This document shows, piece after piece, positions 1-7,684 of a stretch of DNA of 59,564 bases. How positions within the stretch are numbered: the first letter of the stretch is position 1; each line of letters starts with the position of its first letter. The notes beneath the pieces are model-generated. The model saw only the letters and a program-made list of their open reading frames with translations. It ran no database searches and was not told the origin of the DNA. Source of the stretch: an uncultured Nitrososphaerota archaeon (GTDB lineage: Archaea > Asgardarchaeota > Njordarchaeia > Njordarchaeales > Njordarchaeaceae). The stretch is from assembly GCA_964518475.1 (NCBI GenBank), contig CAZFGR010000012.1, positions 1 to 59,564 of the forward strand, read 5' to 3'. Position numbers and translations under genes: made by a program.

Positions 1-2
1 TG

Positions 3-62
3 GTTACTGAAGAGCTTGTCGAAGAAGCATTGAGAGACTCCGAAATTATACTCCTTGATTAG
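3..62 (+). CDS. 3' end of a CDS truncated by the window edge (VTEELVEEALRDSEIILLD*)
   Basis: Open frame from base 3 to TAG at 60-62, converging on the E1-like gene; too short to identify. Confidence 0.4.
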   Translation, partial: VTEELVEEALRDSEIILLD

Positions 63-793
63 GTTATTCCTCCACATACTGGGCAATCTTTCCTCCTTTC
101 TATGGGTATTTCTGAGAAGCTTGTGTGATAACCTTCGAATATAAGGAGCTTATTTAAGAATGGTTCTCCATAACCTGTCACGAGTTTTATAGCCTCTAAA
201 ACTTGAAGAGAAGCCATTATTGCTGGAGTAACTCCTACTACGGGGAACTTTTCTCTCTTCTCCTTTATACCGCCAAATACACAATACAAACAGGGAGTCT
301 TTCCTGGGATTACCACCATTAATTGCCCGTCTAATCCATAGATCCCAGCATGTATCAATGGTTTTTTCTGTCGTACACACACTCTATTTAGCAGATGCCT
401 TGTCTCCCAGTTATCCAGACAGTCAAGAACAATATCAGCATCCTTTATTATTTCATCAACATTCTCCTCAGTAATCTCCGTATTAATAGCTCTTATTTCG
501 ACGTTAGGGTTCAGCTTTTTTAGCTTCTCTACGGCTGACTCTACTTTCTCTTTCCCTATGTCTGTCGTCCAGTGAAGAATCTGACGATTAAGATTGCTGA
601 GTTCAACCCTCTCCTTATCGACTATTATGACTTTCCCAAAACCTGCCGCCACAGCATAAATTGCGGCCAGAGATCCAAGTCCTCCCACTCCTATAATACA
701 GATTGTTGATTTCTTTAACTTGATTTGGCCATCTTCACCAAATAATAATATTTGGCGATCATATCTTTCCAATTCTTCTCGAGAAAGCTTCAT
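59..793 (-). CDS. moeB: ThiF/MoeB/UbaA (E1-like) adenylyltransferase
   Basis: RYDRQI, GxGGLG nucleotide-binding motif, SNLNRQ, DCLDN, and Zn-binding CLYC and CPVC motifs. Confidence 0.9.
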   Translation of the reverse strand: MKLSREELERYDRQILLFGEDGQIKLKKSTICIIGVGGLGSLAAIYAVAAGFGKVIIVDKERVELSNLNRQILHWTTDIGKEKVESAVEKLKKLNPNVEIRAINTEITEENVDEIIKDADIVLDCLDNWETRHLLNRVCVRQKKPLIHAGIYGLDGQLMVVIPGKTPCLYCVFGGIKEKREKFPVVGVTPAIMASLQVLEAIKLVTGYGEPFLNKLLIFEGYHTSFSEIPIERRKDCPVCGGIT

Positions 794-802
794 ACTAATC
801 CC

Positions 803-1084
803 CTATAGAGGTAGACCCATAGACTCAAAGAATTTTTTCAGGAAAATGAGTTCTCCCAGTACCTTCACACCCTTCTCAGTCAATTTATATATTATCCTAC
901 CTTCATCATCCTGCTCAGTAACAATATATCCCTCTTTAACCAACTTCTCTAAATAAAACTTCAATCTATCATACGGTAAATTCGCCTTAAGCATGATTCT
1001 GGATATATTAGCGCCGCCTTCCTCATCTATAGCTCTTAGTATGTCCAGTAAGACACCGACATGAGAACGGTATTTCCTTCGCAT
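803..1084 (-). CDS. Archaeal winged-helix transcriptional regulator
   Basis: RS..DIL...ANISRIMLKANL.Y..YL..L...G....YKLTEKG pattern, typical of small archaeal wHTH proteins. Confidence 0.8.
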   Translation of the reverse strand: MRRKYRSHVGVLLDILRAIDEEGGANISRIMLKANLPYDRLKFYLEKLVKEGYIVTEQDDEGRIIYKLTEKGVKVLGELIFLKKFFESMGLPL

Positions 1085-1089
1085 CTAAT

Positions 1090-1698
1090 CTACAGCCTCC
1101 AGAAAATACCCATTAAAAGAAACGCTGCTAAGAATCTTGTCAAAGCTAATACTAATAGTTCGATTCCATACGGATTCATTAGATATACCGTGAAGACGAA
1201 GTGGGATAAAGCTAGCATCAGGAAAGCTAAGATAACGATTCGAGGTGCATTGAATTTTTTCGCAAGGAGAAATGATATGATGAGAGGAAGTAAGCCTATA
1301 ATTGCTTGTGGAATGATTAAAAAACTTACTAATCCGCTAGAAGCTTCCTTATACGCAATTATGTAGCCAGTAAGTATGAGAAGATATCCGAGTAGATAAG
1401 AAATTAAAGAACCTATCCAGAAAGGTCTATATTTTGGTGCGAATGGTTCGAGGAAAGGGCTTATATTGCTTAAAAATGCATAGCTGGCCAGAAAGAATTG
1501 TATTGATTCCAGCAGAAAAGCTATGGATAGTAGCATAAATCCAAGAATGCTAGTTAATAGTTGTTTATCTCCATGTAAAACGGCTTTTCCTAAGACATAT
1601 GCTATTCCTAGACATGCCGAAAAACCGATAAGATTTGCTACTGAATAGAGTAACGAGTATATAAGTATCACGAGCCATCCTCTGTACAAGTTGTGCAA
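1090..1698 (-). CDS. Multi-pass membrane protein of unknown function, probably co-transcribed with the wHTH gene
   Basis: About 6 hydrophobic segments; 5-nt gap to the wHTH gene. Confidence 0.7.
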   Translation of the reverse strand: MHNLYRGWLVILIYSLLYSVANLIGFSACLGIAYVLGKAVLHGDKQLLTSILGFMLLSIAFLLESIQFFLASYAFLSNISPFLEPFAPKYRPFWIGSLISYLLGYLLILTGYIIAYKEASSGLVSFLIIPQAIIGLLPLIISFLLAKKFNAPRIVILAFLMLALSHFVFTVYLMNPYGIELLVLALTRFLAAFLLMGIFWRL

Positions 1699-1745
1699 TC
1701 TCTTTTATTTATCCTAGAAATCCCGATATATTAAGTTAGTCACTA

Positions 1746-1761
1746 AATACCCCTAGGTATT
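1746..1761. promoter_or_regulatory. Candidate operator (AATACC-N4-GGTATT) in a divergent promoter
   Basis: Inverted repeat in the 79-nt gap between divergent genes, one arm of which encodes a wHTH regulator. Confidence 0.35.
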
Positions 1762-1777
1762 AGGAGCTTACTAGAGA

Positions 1778-2746
1778 TTGATTCCTATGAACAAGAGATT
1801 ACTAGCACTAGTTACAGTAATTATCCTCTTGTGGAGTACACAGGTAGCTATCATTTCGTCACAACCCCTGTGGGATTGGAAAGAATCCAAAGGAACTGTG
1901 GGCAATGTCGAAGTAATTATTCAACAACATTCGCCAATTTACATCATAAAGTATGCTAATGTTAGAGACTACGGATATTCAGTGATTCTAAAGCGCCTCA
2001 TTGAATATATCGATATGAATGGAAACAAGATATATGACTCTGGCGATGATATTCTCGCCCAAGCGCCGCTTGTAAGCAAGATTACATGGAACATAATTGT
2101 GAAAAACATAACAATTGGAAATACTTCTGGATTAGTTATCACCCTAGAAGGCTCACCTCTCGTTACTGGACGTCATCAAAGAGGCCCCCCAAGAACAGCC
2201 CACGTGGTCATTACTAGCTATTTAATAAAGGATACGGGTAAAATAAACGGTTATTTCATCAATGGAACTAACGAGATTAAAGTGGATATTCAGATAGAGA
2301 GATGGCCATGGTCTTCCACTAAAAGCTATCTAGCGCTAGAAATTGAGGTTACTTGTGAGAACAAAAAGGTAAAAACAAAACATATGCAGGGGATCGGTTC
2401 GAGAAATGGGGAAAAGGCCCATAAACTTACTGTAGAAGCCAGTGGTGTTCCCTATAATTTAACTTTATGGGTTAACACCGATGTTTTAGTTAATGGTGAG
2501 AAAAAGGATATCCTAGGAACAAGCATTCTCGGTAATGTTCTTTACGTATCATATCCTCGTTTCGAAGAAAATATTATACACGATCCAATAATAAGCTTGT
2601 CAAAATTGCGGGAAACCTTCTACCGATTTGTTCCAAGCGAGTTTCGTGTTCTAACATACTACCTTGCTTTAGCCGTCTTCTGTGGAATCTTGGTCATTTA
2701 CGGTATCAGGAGGAAGATGAGAAAATACACTCAAGCATATTCTTGA
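1778..2746 (+). CDS. Secreted surface protein with a C-terminal membrane anchor
   Basis: Signal peptide, beta-rich body with N-x-T/S sites, IIHDP motif, then a C-terminal TM helix and basic tail. Start may be ATG 1787. Confidence 0.75.
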   Translation: MIPMNKRLLALVTVIILLWSTQVAIISSQPLWDWKESKGTVGNVEVIIQQHSPIYIIKYANVRDYGYSVILKRLIEYIDMNGNKIYDSGDDILAQAPLVSKITWNIIVKNITIGNTSGLVITLEGSPLVTGRHQRGPPRTAHVVITSYLIKDTGKINGYFINGTNEIKVDIQIERWPWSSTKSYLALEIEVTCENKKVKTKHMQGIGSRNGEKAHKLTVEASGVPYNLTLWVNTDVLVNGEKKDILGTSILGNVLYVSYPRFEENIIHDPIISLSKLRETFYRFVPSEFRVLTYYLALAVFCGILVIYGIRRKMRKYTQAYS

Positions 2747-2823
2747 TTGAGTCTCTTCTAGGATATAGTAGCACTTTTTAAGCCATTTTTGCTTATTTAA
2801 CCAAAAAGTTTGTTCCTGGGATA

Positions 2824-3903
2824 TTGATGAAAGAGGATATTCTGAAAAACCTTAGGGAATTTCTGTATAATTTAGTAGCTATAGAAACTCCGTCAGGCAG
2901 TGAGTCTCCTGGAATAAAATACCTGAAGGAAATTCTCGAGGAGATGGGCTTATCCAATATAGTTACGCAGTTTGTATCCGAAGACTCCCTCAATCTGATA
3001 GTTAATCCAGTAAAGTCTCCCGATTTAGTAATCATGACGCATATCGATACGATTCCTCCAATAGCTTCTGCTAGGATCATTGATGAGTACACTATCGCTG
3101 GAACTGGTTCTGTAGATGCTAAAGGGGGCATAGCTGCTCTCTATTATGCCTTAATGAAGAATCCAGAGGTGCCTTCTAACGTCTCTATCGTCATTGTATC
3201 GAATGAGGAAAACACAGGTATGGGATGCGTCAAGTATTTAGAGGATTATAGTCCTAGACGCGCATTAGTGCTTGAACCTACTAGTCTTAAGTTAGCTTTC
3301 TCCTCCACTGGGTATTTAGAGCTGAAAATTTCTCTACTGGGGGAGAGAAGACATCCCGATTTATTTGTTTTGGTAGATGATTTCGAGAAAAGAGAAGATC
3401 CTATTAGGAGAATGTTTAACTTGCTTAAGGATTTGTCTCAGGAATTATCTAGCTTAGGAATACGTTTCTCGATAACTTATGTTTCGGCGGGAGAAAAGAA
3501 TGAGACATACGCTACTCCTGAAAGATGTGATGTCATAGTGAATATTCCAATTCCGCCTAGTCAGACTGTTGCTCAAATTCTATCCCGTGTAGCAAGTATT
3601 ACAGCAAAATACGATGCGTATTATCGAGTACATGATATATCTAATCCATATATTAATAAAGATGAGGAATTTATGAAGCAATTGAAAGAGGTCTATAGAA
3701 AAGTCTTTGAGCGAGAACCAGAAATTTTTGTTTTTCCAAGCTGGACTGACGCTACGACCACGGCTGAGAGGGGTATCGGCTCTGCTATATTTGGTCCGGG
3801 AAACCCAGAGTTAGCCCATACTTTAATGGAAAAAATTGATTTGAGAGAAGTAATTAAGGCTGGAGAGTATTTACTTATGCTCCTTAAATCTATGAATCCT
3901 TGA
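2824..3903 (+). CDS. M20 family metallopeptidase/deacylase (ArgE/DapE/LysK-like)
   Basis: THIDT, GSVDAKGG, SNEE, LEPT, WTDA and FGPG...AHT..E motifs. Confidence 0.85.
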   Translation: MMKEDILKNLREFLYNLVAIETPSGSESPGIKYLKEILEEMGLSNIVTQFVSEDSLNLIVNPVKSPDLVIMTHIDTIPPIASARIIDEYTIAGTGSVDAKGGIAALYYALMKNPEVPSNVSIVIVSNEENTGMGCVKYLEDYSPRRALVLEPTSLKLAFSSTGYLELKISLLGERRHPDLFVLVDDFEKREDPIRRMFNLLKDLSQELSSLGIRFSITYVSAGEKNETYATPERCDVIVNIPIPPSQTVAQILSRVASITAKYDAYYRVHDISNPYINKDEEFMKQLKEVYRKVFEREPEIFVFPSWTDATTTAERGIGSAIFGPGNPELAHTLMEKIDLREVIKAGEYLLMLLKSMNP

Positions 3904-4758
3904 TTATTGCTCCTCTAGCATTTTTTTGATGAAATAAGGTAACGCAAAAGAGGATAGATGAATTTCTCTAGTGTAATATACTGTCTCTTTTATTTCCCTT
4001 AATGGTGTTCGCGGATCTATTTTATCCGAAGCCACTATAAAGGACCATAATCCACCAGGATAGAATGGAATAGGTGCTAGATAGAGATAAACGTTGTTGA
4101 AAACTTTTTTCACCGCTCGATACGCTCTTTTAACGACTTCTGGTTGAAAAATAGGTGATCCCGATTGAACAGCAAGAATTCCATCTTTTTGTAATGCTTT
4201 TTTAGCAGCATTAAAGAATCTTTCAGTAATCAATTTTTCCGCTGGTGTGTTGAGGTAGGGATCTGTCCAATCCCCTAATATGATATCGTATGGCTCTCCC
4301 TCATACTCCCCTAAGTATTCTAGTCCATCTTTTATAACTATTCTCGTTTTTTCGTGTGAGAGCGCGCCTTTATCTATTTTTAAAAACTCTTTGCAAGCTT
4401 CTACTACCTTCTCATCGATTTCAACTATTGTGACTTCTCTTACCTCTTTGTGTTTTAAAACCTCTCTCGCAGTGCCCCCATCTCCCCCACCAATAATTAG
4501 GACGCGTCGAGGATTCGGGTGCGAGCACATCGCTACATGGACTAACATTTCAGAGTAGAAGTCCCATTTCTCAGTAATTTGTAATGTGGTGCCACCGTTT
4601 TCTTCAAAGACGAGAACTTTTCCTAAGGGTTCTGTATTTCCTATTATAATAGATTTGAAGAAGTTCGCTGGCTTAATAATCGGTTTTTCTGATGGTTTTA
4701 GTTTTAATAAAATTGAAAAACCTAGTCGGTAATTCTTTTCGCCAATCCACTCACTCAT
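3904..4758 (-). CDS. speE: Polyamine aminopropyltransferase (spermidine synthase family)
   Basis: YSEMLVH, VLIIGGGDGG, VEID, DxTDP and YPGGLW motifs. Confidence 0.92.
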   Translation of the reverse strand: MSEWIGEKNYRLGFSILLKLKPSEKPIIKPANFFKSIIIGNTEPLGKVLVFEENGGTTLQITEKWDFYSEMLVHVAMCSHPNPRRVLIIGGGDGGTAREVLKHKEVREVTIVEIDEKVVEACKEFLKIDKGALSHEKTRIVIKDGLEYLGEYEGEPYDIILGDWTDPYLNTPAEKLITERFFNAAKKALQKDGILAVQSGSPIFQPEVVKRAYRAVKKVFNNVYLYLAPIPFYPGGLWSFIVASDKIDPRTPLREIKETVYYTREIHLSSFALPYFIKKMLEEQ

Positions 4759-4774
4759 TCATTGTCAACCTTCG

Positions 4775-5827
4775 CTAAACACTAGCTGTTTCCTCGTCAT
4801 AGTATATGTCCCCAGTAACGGGATCATTGAATCCTTTAAAGCCTTTTAATGTTTCTATCCTATAGAACGATGATGTGAACCAGTAACCGGTCGGTTTAGC
4901 TTTTAGTGGTGCTAGATCCCATCCCCGCATGGCTTCTATGTAATCCCAATTAACGTATTCGTTGAAATCTCTGACAATATCGGTGATTACAACACCAAAT
5001 TCTGTGGTTAGCATTTTCTGGAATTCTCTCCATTTATCTAGCGATGCATCCACTCGAGTCAGTCCGAAGTAACCGGCGCATTTTTCTCCTCTAAGAGCAG
5101 CTATTCCGCGACCAATGAATAGTTTGAGGGCTGGTAGGGTCTCTGGAGGGTCTGTTTGGAAAGTATCAAATTTCTTTACCAATTCGTCTGGTAAGGGATT
5201 TCTGAGGTCCATAGTATAGACTGCAGCATCAAAACCATATTCCCGAGCAGTTTTTTCGATGAAAGATGTTAATCGCTTATCGATCTCTATAACAGCTATG
5301 TGTCGGGGCCATCCAGTCAATCCCGCAGCTATGCTGACTAAATCGTCGTCTCCCAAGATTATTAATCGTTTCCCTCTTAGATCTCCTCTCTGATCCATGA
5401 AAGCGATTCTAGCGAGTGTGGTTTCGGGATTTACGTATCCCTGATCATATTCTTGAATTGCCTCTGGTCTATTCTTGACAATCTTTAGGAATTCTTCGGT
5501 TACATCGCCTAGATCCCAAGAAACGGTCTTACCCAAGCATGTGGCACATACATGGTCTCCAAACCCAATACCTAGATCCTCTAGTAGCTTCTTTCCCTTA
5601 TTAGTTAAAATTACTTTCTCAGCTTCAAAACTTACGAGACCTTTCTTCTCTAATTCCTTAACTATCCTAGCAACAACGACGAGTGGTTCTCCGCTGTAGC
5701 GAACAAGCATCCAGAAATCGGGTGACTTCTCGAGAGCCATTAGGACTAATTCTACACTCCGAGGATAACAGGGCACTTTTGTTTTCTTTTCCACAATCTC
5801 AGCGATTTCTTTAAAAACCTCCTTCAT
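4775..5827 (-). CDS. bpsA: Branched-chain polyamine synthase (N4-bis(aminopropyl)spermidine synthase)
   Basis: EYDQGYV, LGDDDLVS, FQTDPPET and FNEYVNW motifs after an N-terminal wHTH and CxxC; SD GAGGTG before ATG 5827. Confidence 0.9.
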   Translation of the reverse strand: MKEVFKEIAEIVEKKTKVPCYPRSVELVLMALEKSPDFWMLVRYSGEPLVVVARIVKELEKKGLVSFEAEKVILTNKGKKLLEDLGIGFGDHVCATCLGKTVSWDLGDVTEEFLKIVKNRPEAIQEYDQGYVNPETTLARIAFMDQRGDLRGKRLIILGDDDLVSIAAGLTGWPRHIAVIEIDKRLTSFIEKTAREYGFDAAVYTMDLRNPLPDELVKKFDTFQTDPPETLPALKLFIGRGIAALRGEKCAGYFGLTRVDASLDKWREFQKMLTTEFGVVITDIVRDFNEYVNWDYIEAMRGWDLAPLKAKPTGYWFTSSFYRIETLKGFKGFNDPVTGDIYYDEETASV

Positions 5828-5953
5828 ACAAATTCGCACCTCACTCAAGTGATTAACTCAAAAAATATTGCTACTTTTAATTTTATTACCCAACAATAAC
5901 ATCAACTCTTAGATTTAAAGAGTATCGTAAAAAATGCACAAAAGCACAATAAA

Positions 5954-6787
5954 CTACTTAGTCATCGCAATAAGTACTTCCCTAATTATTGTAGCTGCTA
6001 ATATAGCTGTTATCGATGTATGATCTTTTGGAACAACTTCCACTACATCAACTATTTTAGGTCTTACATTAATTAAAGCCTTAATCAATTGAAGAGGTTC
6101 TAGCCCCAGAGGTTCTGGATTTGCTACCTCGGGTGCGTATGGGGGATCTATAACGTCTATATCCAGAGAAATATAATCAGCACTCTGGAGTTTTTGTTCT
6201 AGGATTCTTGGGTCTTCACGGATTTCCAGGCTAGTGTAGTATTCTACTCCGTATTCCTCTAACTCTCTCATAGCATTTTTTGATACTGATCTCAGTCCTA
6301 CTAGAACAATTTTTTCCCAGCCAATAATCTCCCCAACCCTCCTCAGAACACTCCCATGCGTATATTTTGATCCTAAATAACTGTCCTCGAAATCTGCATG
6401 AGCGTCGAGATGCACATATTTCCTAATTTTTTCAGAGAAAAAAGAAATAATGGGTATTGTGATTGTATGGTCTCCACCAATGAATAAGTATCTCTCAGCG
6501 AATGCTACTTCTTTGAGTGCTCTTTTTATTCTCTGTGTAGTCTCTTCAAAGTTTCCATGCGATGTCTCGATATCTCCCCAATCTGATATCGGTAGTTCTC
6601 TAATGTCTATCCTCTGCATAATGCTATACTCTTCCAGGCTATCCGCCACTATTCTTATGTAGGTAGGAGCGAAGCGACTACCAGTGATATATGTCTGGTT
6701 ACTATCATAAGGAATCCCCAGAACCACCGCCCGGGAGCGTTGGAAGAGGGGAAGGCCGAATAATGGTTTGATGGGATTCAGAAGCAT
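5954..6787 (-). CDS. speB: Agmatinase / agmatine ureohydrolase
   Basis: GGDHT, DAHAD and SLDIDVIDP ureohydrolase motifs; SD AGGAGG upstream; start at 6787 or 6796. Confidence 0.9.
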   Translation of the reverse strand: MLLNPIKPLFGLPLFQRSRAVVLGIPYDSNQTYITGSRFAPTYIRIVADSLEEYSIMQRIDIRELPISDWGDIETSHGNFEETTQRIKRALKEVAFAERYLFIGGDHTITIPIISFFSEKIRKYVHLDAHADFEDSYLGSKYTHGSVLRRVGEIIGWEKIVLVGLRSVSKNAMRELEEYGVEYYTSLEIREDPRILEQKLQSADYISLDIDVIDPPYAPEVANPEPLGLEPLQLIKALINVRPKIVDVVEVVPKDHTSITAILAATIIREVLIAMTK

Positions 6788-7142
6788 CAGAGACATCCTC
6801 CTTATAAGGTTCTCCCCTAACAACTGTCATAGCCACATAATATCTCGGTTTTAGATATTCCAGAATTATATCAAGAGCTTTCTGAGGATCAATACCCCTG
6901 CACGTAAATATATCCAATGCAGCATAACCGAACTCTGGCCATGTATGTATGCTAATATGGGACTCCTTAACAGCTATAACTCCCGTAACTCCATGTGGGG
7001 AAAACTTATGAAATACCTCCCCTATGATTGTTGCTCCAGCTTTTATAGCTGCTTCCATCAAAATTTCTCTCAACCTGTCCAAATCATCCAATAACTTAGG
7101 ATCAACCCCATGAAGTTCAACAATTATGTGTCTTCCTAGCAT
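6705..7142 (-). CDS. speD: Pyruvoyl-dependent S-adenosylmethionine decarboxylase proenzyme (SpeH-type); an arginine decarboxylase paralogue is not excluded
   Basis: GRH, HKFSPHGVT, E|SHISIHTWPE autocleavage motif and DIFTC; ~35-aa low-complexity tail overlapping speB. Confidence 0.9.
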   Translation of the reverse strand: MLGRHIIVELHGVDPKLLDDLDRLREILMEAAIKAGATIIGEVFHKFSPHGVTGVIAVKESHISIHTWPEFGYAALDIFTCRGIDPQKALDIILEYLKPRYYVAMTVVRGEPYKEDVSDASESHQTIIRPSPLPTLPGGGSGDSL

Positions 7143-7457
7143 ATTTACTCACCCCAGGAGGAAATATTTCTAGAGAGGAAAGATGAGGTAAAAGCCGGGG
7201 CGGGTGCTCTAAAGAGTTTGGCTCAGATAAAAAAAGGTCCGTATCCCGGGAGTACGCGGAAAGATCATTACATATACACTGCGAGAAAAAGAAACTCAAC
7301 GGACGCTGAATAGGCCCCCTCCGAACACGCCCCAAGTACTCCAGTAGTGTCCTATCGCGAGATTTCAGAAAGGTCACCAGGAGCCGGGCCCTGCACAATT
7401 TCTCCCCCTCCCCTAAGGAAACGTGCCAGGGAGGGTCGGGCCCGCCCCGGCACGCAT
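7143..7457 (-). promoter_or_regulatory. Structured, uORF-containing 5' leader of the polyamine operon
   Basis: GC-rich island; perfect 11-bp inverted repeat 7441-7451/7194-7204; uORFs at 7457-7413, 7396-7352, 7335-7117 and 7268-7209; anti-SD element at 7182-7192. Confidence 0.6.
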
Positions 7458-7481
7458 AACTTTTATGATACTTACGTTACA

Positions 7482-7498
7482 TATTTAAAGTTATCTTC
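7482..7498 (-). promoter_or_regulatory. BRE/TATA promoter of the speD leader
   Basis: Minus strand GAAGATAAC-TTTAAATA, ending about 25 nt before ATG 7457. Confidence 0.65.
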
Positions 7499-7604
7499 TA
7501 TGACTTCTATCCTACTCGGAAAAGGTCCCTTAGAAACAATTACTTGCGTCCATTAGTCGCAGACAAAACATATTATAATAGTATATACTTCCAAATTAGC
7601 CATG

Positions 7605-7670
7605 AGTCCTATGATGAGCACGCCCTTCACTGATTTAGATAAATGATGAGCTCTACCACTGCTGAGGATT
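7605..7670 (+). ncRNA. Box C/D guide sRNA (predicted targets: tRNA D-loop and 5' domain of 23S rRNA)
   Basis: C ATGATGA 7611, D' CTGA 7630, C' ATGATGA 7643, D CTGA 7662; two 12-nt guides; short terminal stem. Confidence 0.9.
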
Positions 7671-7684
7671 GATAATATCAAACA

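Noticed and set aside
7400-7420. Antizyme/Ty1-like +1 frameshift at CCT-TAG-G joining uORF1 to uORF2
   Set aside because: The +1 frame does lead into uORF2, but uORF2 has its own strong SD and GTG, so frameshifting is not needed and has no independent support.
7190-7455. SRP (7S) RNA or RNase P RNA as the identity of the GC-rich island
   Set aside because: No SRP helix-8 GGAA/AGCAG motif and no RNase P GAGGAAAGUCC / ACAGAA..GCUUA pair on either strand; its position fits a speD leader.
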